From an uncultured Syntrophobacteraceae bacterium (GTDB lineage Bacteria > Desulfobacterota > Syntrophobacteria > Syntrophobacterales > Syntrophobacteraceae), in assembly GCA_964505935.1 (NCBI GenBank), contig CAZDKX010000002.1, forward strand, positions 2,617 through 66,616: a stretch of 64,000 nucleotides of DNA. The letters run 5' to 3'. Shown piece by piece: positions 21,876 through 31,960 of this stretch (the stretch's first letter is position 1; every line of letters begins with the position of its first letter). Under the pieces are notes generated by a model. That model saw only the letters and a program-made list of their open reading frames with translations, was not told the origin of the DNA and ran no database searches. A program made the translations under genes and the position numbers.

Positions 21876-24800
21876 TCAATCCTCCTGCTCCAATAATCTC
21901 AGGAGGCCATGGTAATCCAGATTCTCCGTGACCGCCCGCAGGGCGGTACCCAGCAGAGCGTCTCTTTCGGAAATCCTCTCGATAACCTCCATCGTCCGGA
22001 CCATGTCCAACCGAAGCAGCGCATCATGCAGCTCCCTGCGCAACTCTCCGGGCAGCACCGCGAGTTGGGCGGCAGTCACTTCCGGTTCGGGCCGGCTGCG
22101 CTCTTCCTCAGTCTGATCCCGTTCGTAAAGATACTTCACCCCCAGGTGCTTCGCCATGAGCTCGAAGAGCTCCTCTTCGCGAAAGGGTTTGCGCACAAAA
22201 TCATCACAGCCCGCCGCCAGGATCGGCTCGCGCTCCTCCTCCAGCGCCTGGGCGGTCAGCGCGATGACTACGAGCGATTTGCCCGCCTCCGTCGCCTTGA
22301 GCCGCCGGGTCGCTTCCAGACCATTCATCACGGGCATGCGCATATCCATCCAGATGAGATGCGGCTGAAACTCCTCGAACACCCTGATCGCTTCCTGACC
22401 ATCAGCGGCTTCCCGCACTTCAAAGCCCACGTCTTCGAACAGGGTGACCATCAGCCGGCGACTTTCCTGCTGATCTTCGGCCACCAGGATGCGGGGCGTG
22501 GCTTGCCCCGGTTCCAGGCCAATGACCATGCCCTTTTGCCGCTTTTCGATGAGCTCCGGCTGAGTGCCCTCCTGGATAGCGAGTTCCAGGCGGAACGTGC
22601 TGCCTTCCCCCACCCGGCTGGTGACGGAGATGTCCCCTCCCATCATACGGGCATACTCCCGACTGATAGCCAGCCCCAGGCCGGTGCCGCTTTCGCTCTG
22701 CCTGCCGCTTGCCGCTTGTTCGAAGTACTGGAACACCCGCTCCAGTTCGTCTTCAGCAATGCCGGTTCCCGTGTCCTTCACCTCTATCACCAGGCACATC
22801 CCGGTCGGAGTTTGCTCCCTTACCGCAAGGTGCATGAAAATGCCGCCGGCCAAGGTATATTTGACCGCATTTCCCAGCAGGTTGACCAGGACCTGGCGCA
22901 ATTTGTTTTCATCCACCATCACATAGCGCGGAAGATCATTGATGCCGGTCAGCTCGAACCACAGGCCCTTGGCATCGGTCCTCACCCGAAACATGAGCTC
23001 CAGGTCCTTGAGCAACAAATGGAGATCGCAGTTACGGGGTTCGAGGGTAATCCGCTGGGCTTCGATCCGAGATATTTCCAGGACATCATTGATCAAGGCC
23101 ACCAAATGCTCCCCGCTGCGATTGATGATATGCAGGTATTCCCGCTGTTGAGGGGGCAGCGCGGAGCTTCGCTGCAACAGTTGCGAATATCCCAGAATGG
23201 CATTCAAGGGGGTGCGCAGTTCATGGCTCATGTTGGCCAGAAAGACACTCTTGGCCCTGCTGGCCGCCTCGGCCCTTTCCTTGGCAACAGCCAGCTCGGC
23301 TGTACGCTCCTGCACTTTCACCTCGAGGGAGTCGTGCGCCCGCAGCAAGGCCTCCTCCGCCTGCTTACGCTTGGAGATGTCCTCCAGCAGTGCCAGCACG
23401 TAATCCATCGTGCCATCGGGATGGCGGACGCAGCCGACTGAAAGATTCGTGAAAATCACCACCCCGTCCTTGCGGACGAACCGTTTTTCCATGGTGTAAT
23501 CGTCGATTTCCCCGGCCAGGAGTCGATCGAATTGGGCCACATCCAGCGGCAGATCATCTGGATAGGTCAGCTCCGCCCAGGTCATACCCAACAGTTCGGC
23601 TCCCGAATAGCCCAGCATCTGGCAGATCTTGTCATTGACCTGCACCCACTTCTTTTCGGGTGAGGTGATCGCCATGCCGATCAGCTGGCGCTCGAAGAAG
23701 AGGCGCATCCGCTCCTCGCTTGTTTTCAGCGCAGCTTCGGCCCGTTTGCGGCGAGTGATGTCACGGAAGAAGATCAGCGCCCCATCTTCATCGTGATAGC
23801 GGAAGGGGACCGCAGCCACCTCGACATCGATGGGGGAGCCATCCATTCTCACATAGACCTCATCGATCATCTCAACGGCCTTGCGTTCAGCAACAAGACT
23901 CTTGACCCGCTCGCGGATCAAAGCATGGAATGATGCGTGGATGCGATCGAAAGCCGAAGTCCCCAGCAGGCTGTCGGCGGAAGGTGCCCCCAGCAGGTTC
24001 ACGGCTGTCGCATTGACATAGACAAATCGGTTGTTCGTCTGGATGTAGATGCCATCGGGGGCGTTTTCGACGAGCGTGCGGAAATTCTCCTCACTCTTGG
24101 CAAGTGCCTCCTCCGCCCGTTTGCGCTCGGTAATGTCGGTCCCCACGCAAAGGATTTCCGTGAGCTTGCCCGAGGCATCCCGCACCGGTTTGTTTGACCA
24201 TGCCACCCAGATGCGCTCACCGTTGCGGCGCATGTTCTCATTCTCGCTCACCGCGTAATGCTCTGTGTTCTTCACCACATCGCTGAACAAAGCGCGAAGG
24301 TCGCGGCCCGAACTCTCGGTTTCGGGCATGATCGTGCCGACCAGATTTCTGCCGAGGATTTCCTCCTCGGCATAACCGTAGAATCGCTGGGCAAATTCAT
24401 TGAAGAAGGTGATGTTGCCCGCGGAATCGACCCGCAGGATAAGACTGTTGGCATTCTCCACGAGTTCTCGATACTGCTCTTCGCTCCTGCGCAACGCCTC
24501 GGCAGCCGACCGCCGGTGAAGGATATTCAGCATGAGAAGCACCACAAAGCCACTCAACCCCAGCAGCAACGCGGCTGTCGCCCACACGAGAGGCTGGTAT
24601 TTTTGGTAAAAGGAATCAGGGCGATTGACCAGGAGGGCACCCGGCGGAAGTTCGGAGAGGCCGATCTGAAACCTCACAAGTTGCTGATAGTCAAACATGC
24701 TCTGGTTGGCGTCCGTCCCCTTGACCACGGGAAGGTCCTCGGCCTTTTCCCCTTTCAGGATGCGGAGCGCCAACTCCGCTGCCATCCGACCCTGCCGATA

Positions 24801-25634
24801 GCCGCTCACCAGCTTGCCTCCCACAATGCCGTACCCCAAGTAGACATCCCAGAAAGAATAAACGGGGACAGCGCTGTGGCGTGAGACCCATTTCGTCGTT
24901 TCACCGTACATCAACTGGCGGCCCGTCTCATCGGTTATCAGGCCATTGAGAAACAGGAGCGAGCGTTGCCCCACTTTCTCCAGTCGCGTTCTCAATTCTA
25001 AAATCGGCAAATCATCCCAGAAAGCGACCTTTACCTGAGGAGGCAGGTCGGGTAGAGCCGCCACGAAACTGTCACGATTGTATTTGTCGGCTGCGACGGA
25101 GGTTCGCCCAACGACGATGATTTCCTCGGTGCTGGGGTGAAGCCGGAGGGCCATAATAACCGTTTCGACGATCGAAACGTCTTCAGCAACACCGGTAATG
25201 CCACGTTTTCCCAAGAGCATGGAGGGAGTAAAGTCATTGATCCCGCAAAACACGATGGGGGTATCGGGAAACAGCCGGTCACGCTCTGAAAGCACGAGAT
25301 TCAGGGCGGCATTGTCCGATACCATGACGAGGGTCGGGGCTGTCCCTTCCAGCTTTGAGAGAACCAGGTCACGAATCAGGCGGGTCCGCCCGGGATCAAT
25401 ATAGCGCCGGGCATCGAGAAACTCGGCGCTCAGTTGAACCTCGCAACCACTGCGGGAAAACGTATCGTGAATCCCGTCCATGATCGATTCGGTCCAGCTT
25501 AGGCCTGCATGGTAGGAGTGGATGACGAAAACCTGACTGTTGACCCGTGGCGAGTCCGCCGGGCTCGGAGCTGCCGCCAGCAGCGTCAAAAGTCCGATCC
25601 CAAGCGCCAGGAGCATGCCATAGCGAACACCCAT
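21876..25634 (-). CDS. hybrid sensor histidine kinase: periplasmic binding-protein-like domain, TM, ~4 PAS, HisKA, HATPase, REC, ~100-aa helical tail; 1252 aa
   Basis: Signal/TM, then [21 protein letters not shown]... (paralogous to the sensor domain of 15998-19639). H-box [57 protein letters not shown]...[13 protein letters not shown]. No HxxKG Hpt motif is seen in the tail. Confidence 0.9.
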   Translation of the reverse strand: MGVRYGMLLALGIGLLTLLAAAPSPADSPRVNSQVFVIHSYHAGLSWTESIMDGIHDTFSRSGCEVQLSAEFLDARRYIDPGRTRLIRDLVLSKLEGTAPTLVMVSDNAALNLVLSERDRLFPDTPIVFCGINDFTPSMLLGKRGITGVAEDVSIVETVIMALRLHPSTEEIIVVGRTSVAADKYNRDSFVAALPDLPPQVKVAFWDDLPILELRTRLEKVGQRSLLFLNGLITDETGRQLMYGETTKWVSRHSAVPVYSFWDVYLGYGIVGGKLVSGYRQGRMAAELALRILKGEKAEDLPVVKGTDANQSMFDYQQLVRFQIGLSELPPGALLVNRPDSFYQKYQPLVWATAALLLGLSGFVVLLMLNILHRRSAAEALRRSEEQYRELVENANSLILRVDSAGNITFFNEFAQRFYGYAEEEILGRNLVGTIMPETESSGRDLRALFSDVVKNTEHYAVSENENMRRNGERIWVAWSNKPVRDASGKLTEILCVGTDITERKRAEEALAKSEENFRTLVENAPDGIYIQTNNRFVYVNATAVNLLGAPSADSLLGTSAFDRIHASFHALIRERVKSLVAERKAVEMIDEVYVRMDGSPIDVEVAAVPFRYHDEDGALIFFRDITRRKRAEAALKTSEERMRLFFERQLIGMAITSPEKKWVQVNDKICQMLGYSGAELLGMTWAELTYPDDLPLDVAQFDRLLAGEIDDYTMEKRFVRKDGVVIFTNLSVGCVRHPDGTMDYVLALLEDISKRKQAEEALLRAHDSLEVKVQERTAELAVAKERAEAASRAKSVFLANMSHELRTPLNAILGYSQLLQRSSALPPQQREYLHIINRSGEHLVALINDVLEISRIEAQRITLEPRNCDLHLLLKDLELMFRVRTDAKGLWFELTGINDLPRYVMVDENKLRQVLVNLLGNAVKYTLAGGIFMHLAVREQTPTGMCLVIEVKDTGTGIAEDELERVFQYFEQAASGRQSESGTGLGLAISREYARMMGGDISVTSRVGEGSTFRLELAIQEGTQPELIEKRQKGMVIGLEPGQATPRILVAEDQQESRRLMVTLFEDVGFEVREAADGQEAIRVFEEFQPHLIWMDMRMPVMNGLEATRRLKATEAGKSLVVIALTAQALEEEREPILAAGCDDFVRKPFREEELFELMAKHLGVKYLYERDQTEEERSRPEPEVTAAQLAVLPGELRRELHDALLRLDMVRTMEVIERISERDALLGTALRAVTENLDYHGLLRLLEQED

Positions 25635-26277
25635 GAACCCTCCTCACCTCCTCCTTGGAAAAGTTGCGAGTTGTGAGTGGCGAGTGGCCGGTTGCAGTTG
25701 CCTGTCAACCGCGGTCCTTTTCATGTGTTTCCGGGTGTCCCAAGGGGACATGAGCAACTGCTTTGCTGAAAACTGCCCCGAGAAATCTCCCTGAGCTCCT
25801 GTGGGGGCCGGCTTGCGAAAATCTCGCCTGCCAGAACCGCTGGCTCAATAAAGGCTCTGCTCCGGACCCGTCTCTGCTGCAACCGCCCCAAAACAACCTG
25901 CACCCAGTGCAAAGCTGTACCCAGTGGGAATATGAAGAACATGACGGAAGTTCTTGCTGCCCCTGTTGCTCTTCCTGATCAAAAAAATACTTCGGAAAGA
26001 GCCGCAAAATGAGTCGTGAGATCTTAACACGATGCTCTGAAGAATTCTTGGAGTTTTGCGGTCTTGGTGCTAATTTATGCATATCCTCTTCAACAGGGCC
26101 GGCAGCTTTCGCACCGCATGCGCCCCGTTGGCCGGCTTGGACTGCGATTCTGCCAGGTCTGCCGAACAGCTGCCAAATAGTTGGTGTTGAAGCGGATGAA
26201 GAATTAAAATTTTGATCAGTACAGCTGGAAAAAAATCTTATGCTTGACGAGTCCCATAGAAAGAGGAGTCGGTGAAG

Positions 26278-26859
26278 ATGAAAAAAGTCCAACTGGGTCC
26301 AAAGACCCTGCTCTACCCCATGCCCGCTTTCCTTGTCGGGGCAAATGTTGACGGAAAACCCAATTTCATGACGGCTGCCTGGAGCGGCATCGCCTGCAGC
26401 ACCCCGCCGATGCTCACGGTGGCCCTTCAGCACCATCGTTACACGCTGAAAGGCATGAAGGAAACCGGCGTCTTCTCCATCAACGTTCCCTCCGTCGACC
26501 TCATCAAGGAAACGGACTACTGTGGCCTCTTTTCGGGCGAGAAAGAAGATAAAGTGGCCACCTGCAGTTTCAAGGTGTTCTACGGTGTGCTGAAAACCGC
26601 CCCGATGATCGAACAATGCCCGGTCAACCTCGAGTGTAAAGCGATGCACACGCTGTATCTCGGCAGCCATGCCCTGCTCGTCGCCCTGATCAAGGAGGTC
26701 TATGTTTCCGAGGCGTGCTTGACCAACGGAGAGCCTGATATTGACAAGGTCCACCCCTTGATCTACGCGACGGGGACCGATAAAGCGTATTACGAGTTCG
26801 GCGGGAGACTCGCCGAAGCCTTCAGCGTGGGCAAAGAGTTGAAGAAAGCAGCGGGCTGA
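26278..26859 (+). CDS. flavin reductase-like (flavoredoxin family) protein, 193 aa
   Basis: MKKVQLGPKTLLYPMPAFLVGANVDGKPNFMTAAWSGIA... is typical of the FMN-binding split-barrel flavoredoxin family. GAGGAG lies 9 nt upstream of the ATG at 26278. The antisense 390-aa ORF 25705-26877 was rejected. Confidence 0.8.
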   Translation: MKKVQLGPKTLLYPMPAFLVGANVDGKPNFMTAAWSGIACSTPPMLTVALQHHRYTLKGMKETGVFSINVPSVDLIKETDYCGLFSGEKEDKVATCSFKVFYGVLKTAPMIEQCPVNLECKAMHTLYLGSHALLVALIKEVYVSEACLTNGEPDIDKVHPLIYATGTDKAYYEFGGRLAEAFSVGKELKKAAG

Positions 26860-26934
26860 AGCGAGTGGTGGCGGCACTTACGATAGGTGCCGGCTGCCGT
26901 CTCGGTGACCGGAGCAGGCCCTCGAGCGAACGCG

Positions 26935-27441
26935 CTATTCCGCCATTTCGTTGATCTCGCCGGCGAGGGATTCGTGCTGGCTCTTTTCCAGAAGTTGTCT
27001 GCTGGTGGTTCTCTCGAAGCTGATGATCCGGTTGTCGTCAAACTCTTCCGCAATGCCGACGGTAACAAAATAGATGAACGGGAGGATCGCCAGAATACCG
27101 ACGATGGTTCTGATCACCAGGCCGGCCCCGGTGAAACGCGCTACCACAAAAATCACTCCTATGCCCAGGATCATCGAAATCACCACCCGCAGGTAAAGCT
27201 GCCATGAGCGGTTGGGCTGGTGAACCGAGCACCTGCCTTTTGCCATCGCCTCCAGTTGTGGCACCAGCGTCCCGTCAAGGAGGTGCGCCTTCAAGAACTG
27301 GGCGTATGCCTTTCTGGCAAGGGTGAGCTCGCTCTTGTGGCGAGTCCAGTGAACAAAGACGGCCATTCCGGCAATCAATGCTGCCAGAAAAACAACGAAT
27401 GCTGCTTCGTATTCCACTCTGCTACTCCCCGGCAAAACCAT
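26935..27441 (-). CDS. hypothetical integral membrane protein (~3 TM); start uncertain (27480, 27441 or the GTG at about 27417)
   Basis: Hydrophobic segments AAFVVFLAALIAGMAVFV, LRVVISMILGIGVIFVVA and IVGILAILPFIYFVTVGIA. I do not recognise a family. Confidence 0.45.
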   Translation of the reverse strand: MVLPGSSRVEYEAAFVVFLAALIAGMAVFVHWTRHKSELTLARKAYAQFLKAHLLDGTLVPQLEAMAKGRCSVHQPNRSWQLYLRVVISMILGIGVIFVVARFTGAGLVIRTIVGILAILPFIYFVTVGIAEEFDDNRIISFERTTSRQLLEKSQHESLAGEINEMAE

Positions 27442-27618
27442 GCCTGCGCCTGCAGCACCCTCTCCAGGCACCAGGAACACAAAAACGCCTACTTCGGTGG
27501 CGCCCCGGCGGCGAGGGGAAGTTGACCTTCACTCTCAGCAGGCCCTTTTCTCGCGCGGCATGATAATCTTCCCGGAAATCATCTGTCATCAAAAAAAAGC
27601 ACGAAGCATCATCGCCTT

Positions 27619-28305
27619 TCAGGGGAGCAGCTTTTCGCCGGCGGCGAGGTTTTCGAGTCCCTGACGGTCCAGCAGCGAAATTTTGCGGCCTTCCACCTGG
27701 ATGAGCTGCTGTTGATTCATGCGCGAGAGGATGCGAGAGAGGGTCTCGGGAATGGTTCCGAGAAGACTGGCCAATTGGGCTTTCGTGATGTCCAGTTGAA
27801 AGGTCTCCGCATCCCGGCGACGGCTGCTCAGGTAAAGGAGATAGGCGGCAAGTCGCCCGGGAACCTCCTTCAGGGAAAGGTCTTCGATCAAGTGAGTGAA
27901 GCGACGCAACCGCTGGGAGAGAAGGGCCAGCATGTTCAGGGCGAGGGAAGTTTCGGTCTTCAGCAGGTCGAAGAACGCGTCTTTGGGAAAGAACAATACC
28001 CGGCCGGCCTCCAGAGCTTCGGCGTGGGCCGGATAATTGCCGCCGGCAAACAGGGGGACTTCGCCAAAGAGCTCTCCTCCGGAGAAGATGTGGAGGATCT
28101 GTTCCTTGCCTTCCAGAGAAAGCTTGTAGACTTTGACCTTTCCTGAGATAATCACGAACAAGCCGATGGCCCTGCTGCCCTCGGCGAACAGCGTCTGCCC
28201 CTTCCGGACCTTCTTTTCGACAGCGATTCCAGCCAGCTTTTCCAGTTGTTCCCGGGGTAAGCCCTTGAAGAGAGGAGTTACGGCAATATGCTCGGCCAGT
28301 TCCAT
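27619..28305 (-). CDS. hcpR: Crp/Fnr-family transcription regulator, HcpR-like, 228 aa (start at the internal ATG)
   Basis: A cNMP-binding-type beta-barrel (LFKGLPREQLEKLA...FGEVPLF) and a C-terminal HTH (ITKAQLASLLGTIPETLSRILSRM). Divergent from hcp. Confidence 0.8.
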   Translation of the reverse strand: MELAEHIAVTPLFKGLPREQLEKLAGIAVEKKVRKGQTLFAEGSRAIGLFVIISGKVKVYKLSLEGKEQILHIFSGGELFGEVPLFAGGNYPAHAEALEAGRVLFFPKDAFFDLLKTETSLALNMLALLSQRLRRFTHLIEDLSLKEVPGRLAAYLLYLSSRRRDAETFQLDITKAQLASLLGTIPETLSRILSRMNQQQLIQVEGRKISLLDRQGLENLAAGEKLLP

Positions 28306-28421
28306 GAATTCGTCCTTCTTCGAGCAGCGGCAAGCGGTGCTTCTACCTCGCCACGATATTCTAAGGATCACCTCTTCAGGATACTCAATCACCAGTAAGA
28401 AATTCAAAGGATTTATGCTTC

Positions 28422-28435
28422 TTGACTTAGGTCAA
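28422..28435. promoter_or_regulatory. CRP/FNR-type palindrome (candidate HcpR operator) between hcpR and hcp
   Basis: Perfect TTGAC-ttag-GTCAA, 105 nt upstream of the hcp ATG and 117 nt upstream of the hcpR ATG. Confidence 0.65.
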
Positions 28436-28539
28436 AGACGGCGGTGGCAAGACTGATTAAAAGAGTACCGTCACATTGAGATGGGAGCTTCACGCCGCTT
28501 GCGGCAACGAACCATTTTAACTCGAAAGGAGAGACGGTC

Positions 28540-30168
28540 ATGTTTTGTTACCAGTGCGAACAGACGGCTAAGGGTGAAGGGTGTACGAAAGCGGGAGTAT
28601 GCGGCAAATCGCATGAGGTGGCGGCAATCCAGGACCTCTTGATTTATGCTATCGAGGGGCTTTCCCTGGTGGCGGTCGAGGGCCGCAGAGTGGGAGTAAC
28701 GGACCGGGATGTAAACGTTTTTACGGTCCAGGCGACGTTTTCCACGCTGACCAATGTGAACTTCGACCCCGAACGCTTGGTTACGCTGCTCAAGCGTGCC
28801 GTGGAACTGAGGGAGTCACTCAAAGCCAAGGTGAAGGCAGCCGGCGGCAACGTGGCTTTTTCTGAAGAAGCAGCCGGCTTCAAGCCCGAGACCACGGTGG
28901 CGGGGCTGGTGGCTCAGGGGGAGAAAGTGGGACTGAAGGCCGATCCCTCCATTGACCCCGACATCCTCTCCCTCCAGCATACCCTGCTCTTTGGCCTCAA
29001 GGGCCTCTCGGCCTACGCCGACCACGCTCATATCCTCGGCCAGGAAGACGACGCCGTCTTTGCTTTCGTCCACGAAGCTCTGGCAGCGATGTTCAACAAG
29101 GAGCTCGCGTTGGGCGACTGGTTGGGGTTGGTCCTCAAATGCGGGGAAATCAACCTCCGCACCATGGAACTGCTCGATGCGGCCAACACCGGTGCCTACG
29201 GCCATCCCGCACCGACCAGGGTGCCCCTGGGGGCGAAGCAAGGCAAGGCGATCCTGGTCAGCGGGCACGATCTCAAAGACCTTGAAGAGCTCCTCAAACA
29301 AACCGAGGGCAAGGGCATCAACATCTACACCCATGGCGAAATGCTGCCCACCCACGGCTATCCGGGCCTGAAGAAGTACGCTCACTTCTACGGACACTAC
29401 GGCACCGCCTGGCAAAATCAGCAAAAGGAATTCTCCCAGTTCCCCGGCGCCATTCTCATGACCACCAATTGCATCCAGAGGCCCCAGGCAGTCTACGCCG
29501 GCAACATCTTCACCTGCGGTCTGGTCGGGTGGCCCGACGTGCCTCATATCGCCAACCGGGACTTCACTCCGGTCATCCAGAAGGCCCTGGCTTTGCCGGG
29601 TTTTCCCGAAGACACCAACGGCAAAGCGGTGATGGTCGGCTTCGGGAGAAATACCGTCCTCGGGGTTGCCGACAAGGTGATCGACGCGGTCAAGAACAAG
29701 GCGATTCGCCATTTCTTCCTGGTGGCCGGCTGCGACGGCGCCAAACCGGGTCGGAACTACTACACGGAATTTGTGGAAAAGGTGCCGGACGACTGCGTCG
29801 TGCTCACGCTGGCCTGCGGCAAGTTCCGCTTTTTTGACAAGGACCTCGGCACCATCGGCGGCCTCCCGCGGCTCATGGACATGGGCCAGTGCAACGATGC
29901 CTACTCGGCCATTCAGGTCGCAGTAGCCCTGGCCAAGGCCTTCGGCGTGGGCGTGAACGACCTGCCGCTCTCCCTCATTCTGTCTTGGTATGAACAAAAA
30001 GCGGTGGCAATTCTCCTTACCCTGCTGGCCCTCGGCATCAAGAACATTCGACTTGGCCCCTCGCTTCCGGCCTTTACCACGCCGAATGTGCTCGACGTCC
30101 TGGTCAAGAACTACAACATCAAACCGATCAGCACGCCGGATGCGGATCTGAAGGAGATCCTCGGCTAA
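28540..30168 (+). CDS. hcp: hybrid cluster protein / hydroxylamine (NO) reductase Hcp, 542 aa
   Basis: N-terminal Cys motif MFCYQCEQTAKGEGCTKAGVCGK, conserved length, and an AAGGAGAG Shine-Dalgarno. Confidence 0.95.
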   Translation: MFCYQCEQTAKGEGCTKAGVCGKSHEVAAIQDLLIYAIEGLSLVAVEGRRVGVTDRDVNVFTVQATFSTLTNVNFDPERLVTLLKRAVELRESLKAKVKAAGGNVAFSEEAAGFKPETTVAGLVAQGEKVGLKADPSIDPDILSLQHTLLFGLKGLSAYADHAHILGQEDDAVFAFVHEALAAMFNKELALGDWLGLVLKCGEINLRTMELLDAANTGAYGHPAPTRVPLGAKQGKAILVSGHDLKDLEELLKQTEGKGINIYTHGEMLPTHGYPGLKKYAHFYGHYGTAWQNQQKEFSQFPGAILMTTNCIQRPQAVYAGNIFTCGLVGWPDVPHIANRDFTPVIQKALALPGFPEDTNGKAVMVGFGRNTVLGVADKVIDAVKNKAIRHFFLVAGCDGAKPGRNYYTEFVEKVPDDCVVLTLACGKFRFFDKDLGTIGGLPRLMDMGQCNDAYSAIQVAVALAKAFGVGVNDLPLSLILSWYEQKAVAILLTLLALGIKNIRLGPSLPAFTTPNVLDVLVKNYNIKPISTPDADLKEILG

Positions 30169-30187
30169 CCGCAGGATTGAGGCCACG

Positions 30188-30213
30188 GGTTCCCAAGCTG
30201 GAGCTTGGGAACC
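30188..30213. repeat. palindromic element GGTTCCCAAGC-tgga-GCTTGGGAACC
   Basis: Perfect 11-bp arms 20 nt after the hcp stop. A near copy lies at 32645-32674 (CTCGTTCCCAAGC-agga-GCTTGCGAACGAG) and a half copy at about 42533-42551. Confidence 0.75.
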
Positions 30214-30384
30214 AGCGTTCTGAGGGTCCAGTGGGCTGAGGGGGTGGCGGGCTGCTGTGTCTACGGCCCGCTATTCCGGCTGACTCCTGGACCAGTGAAT
30301 TGCTGAACAGCACAGCGGCGGGGCAGCCGCCAACGGACAGCGCCTTTCTCTCCTTTTGGGAGGAAAGCGGGGGAGTAAACAGGG

Positions 30385-31125
30385 ATGAAATGCCCAGGAC
30401 AAGACCGTCGTTATTGGGAAGCAGGGGCCATCTTTGAAGTCGACTGCCCGCAGTGCGGCCGGCCGGTTGAATTCTTCAAGGATGAAACGAAAAGGAAGTG
30501 CCGGCATTGTGGTCATTTGTTTGTCAATCCCCAGATGGACTTTGGCTGTGCCTCATACTGCAAGTATGCCGCTCAGTGCCTGGGGGACCTGCCGCCGGAA
30601 CTGATCGCCCAACGGGATGACCTCCTCAAGGATCGCGTGGCCCTCGAAATGAAGCGCACCTTCGGGCGTGACTTCAAGCGCATCGCCCATGCCACCAAGG
30701 TGGCGCGGTACGCTGAAAGCCTTGTCAAGGCGGAACGGGGAGACCCGGCGGTCGTCCTGGCCGCCGCCTATCTGCATGACATCGGCATCCAGGAAGCCGA
30801 ACGCAAGTACAACAGCACGGCCGCCCGCTACCAGGAGCAGGAAGGCCCGCCCATCGCCCGGGAGATCCTGACCAGGCTCGGCGCGCGCGCCGAGCTCATC
30901 GACGAGGTTTGTGACCTGGTGGGCCATCACCATCATCCGCGCGAGTCTGAAACCGTCAACTTCAAGTGTCTCTATGATGCGGACCTTATTGTGAACCTGG
31001 AAGAACGCCGGAAGGAGCAACCCATTGCCCCCGAGAGACTGGAACAGCTGATCGCGGGCAGTTTTTTCACCGATAGCGGCAGGAAGCTGGCCGGCGAGGT
31101 TTTGCGGCAAAACAGCACGCCGTAG
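30385..31125 (+). CDS. HD-domain phosphohydrolase with an N-terminal zinc-ribbon-like Cys cluster, 246 aa
   Basis: CPGQ...CPQCG...CRHCGH...C..YC...C at the N-terminus. HD motif AAAYLHDIG and GHHHHP. Confidence 0.7.
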   Translation: MKCPGQDRRYWEAGAIFEVDCPQCGRPVEFFKDETKRKCRHCGHLFVNPQMDFGCASYCKYAAQCLGDLPPELIAQRDDLLKDRVALEMKRTFGRDFKRIAHATKVARYAESLVKAERGDPAVVLAAAYLHDIGIQEAERKYNSTAARYQEQEGPPIAREILTRLGARAELIDEVCDLVGHHHHPRESETVNFKCLYDADLIVNLEERRKEQPIAPERLEQLIAGSFFTDSGRKLAGEVLRQNSTP

Positions 31126-31132
31126 GGAGAAA

Positions 31133-31888
31133 ATGAGAATGAAAGCCGTTCGGAAAATCATCGAAATTGACGAGGAGCGCTGCGACGGTTGCGGGCAGTG
31201 TGTGATTGCCTGCGCGGAGGGCGCCATTGAGATCATTGAAGGCAAGGCCAAACTGGTCAAAGACTCTTATTGCGACGGCCTCGGGGCATGCCTGGGAGAA
31301 TGCCCCCAGGGGGCCCTCACCATCCGCGAACGCGAGGCCGACGAATTCGACCCGGAAGCGGTCGAACATTATCTCCAGGAAAAAGAAAAGGCCGGCAAAC
31401 CCGTCGAGCCGGCAGTTCCCTTTCAATGCCCCTCGGCTCAGCTCCGGATGCTCAAACCAGCCGGTGATGCCCCCGGTCAACGCGCTGCCCAGGCAACCAA
31501 CTCCTCCGCCCTCTCTCACTGGCCCGTGCAAATCCGCCTGGTGCCGCCCAACGCCCCGTTTCTGAAGGGCGCCCATCTCCTTGTGGCCGCCGACTGCACA
31601 CCCGTGGCCTGTGCCGACTTCCATCATGATTTTTTGCAGGGAAAGGTCCTGCTGCTGGGTTGTCCCAAGTTTGATGACGTGCCGCACTATTTGAAGAAAT
31701 TCGCCGAGATCTTCAAAACCGCCGGGATCAAAAGGGTTACCGTGCTTCAGATGGAGGTACCCTGCTGCTCCGCGTTGCCGGCAATCGTGAGAAAGGCCAT
31801 GGCGGAGGCAGGCAAAGAGATCCCCCTGGAAGAGATCATCATCGGTGTGCAAGGAAATATTTTGAAGCGCGGGGACCTTATCGGGTAA
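31133..31888 (+). CDS. 4Fe-4S ferredoxin-domain protein (hcp-associated Fe-S protein), 251 aa
   Basis: CDGCGQCVIACAEG and CDGLGACLGECPQG cluster motifs, plus a Cys-rich C-terminal domain (CTPVAC, GCPKF, VPCCS). Lies 8 nt after the HD gene. Confidence 0.75.
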   Translation: MRMKAVRKIIEIDEERCDGCGQCVIACAEGAIEIIEGKAKLVKDSYCDGLGACLGECPQGALTIREREADEFDPEAVEHYLQEKEKAGKPVEPAVPFQCPSAQLRMLKPAGDAPGQRAAQATNSSALSHWPVQIRLVPPNAPFLKGAHLLVAADCTPVACADFHHDFLQGKVLLLGCPKFDDVPHYLKKFAEIFKTAGIKRVTVLQMEVPCCSALPAIVRKAMAEAGKEIPLEEIIIGVQGNILKRGDLIG

Positions 31889-31960
31889 CATGCTGCGGTG
31901 ACGAATCAAGGAGAATGTCTTTCAGCAACTTTTACCGTCATCAGAGAAGGAGAGCAAGCC

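Noticed and set aside
25705-26877. 390-aa minus-strand ORF covering the flavoredoxin-like gene and part of the spacer.
   Set aside because: The plus-strand 193-aa product matches the flavin reductase/flavoredoxin family and has a good Shine-Dalgarno. The minus-strand frame has no recognisable motif and a biased composition.
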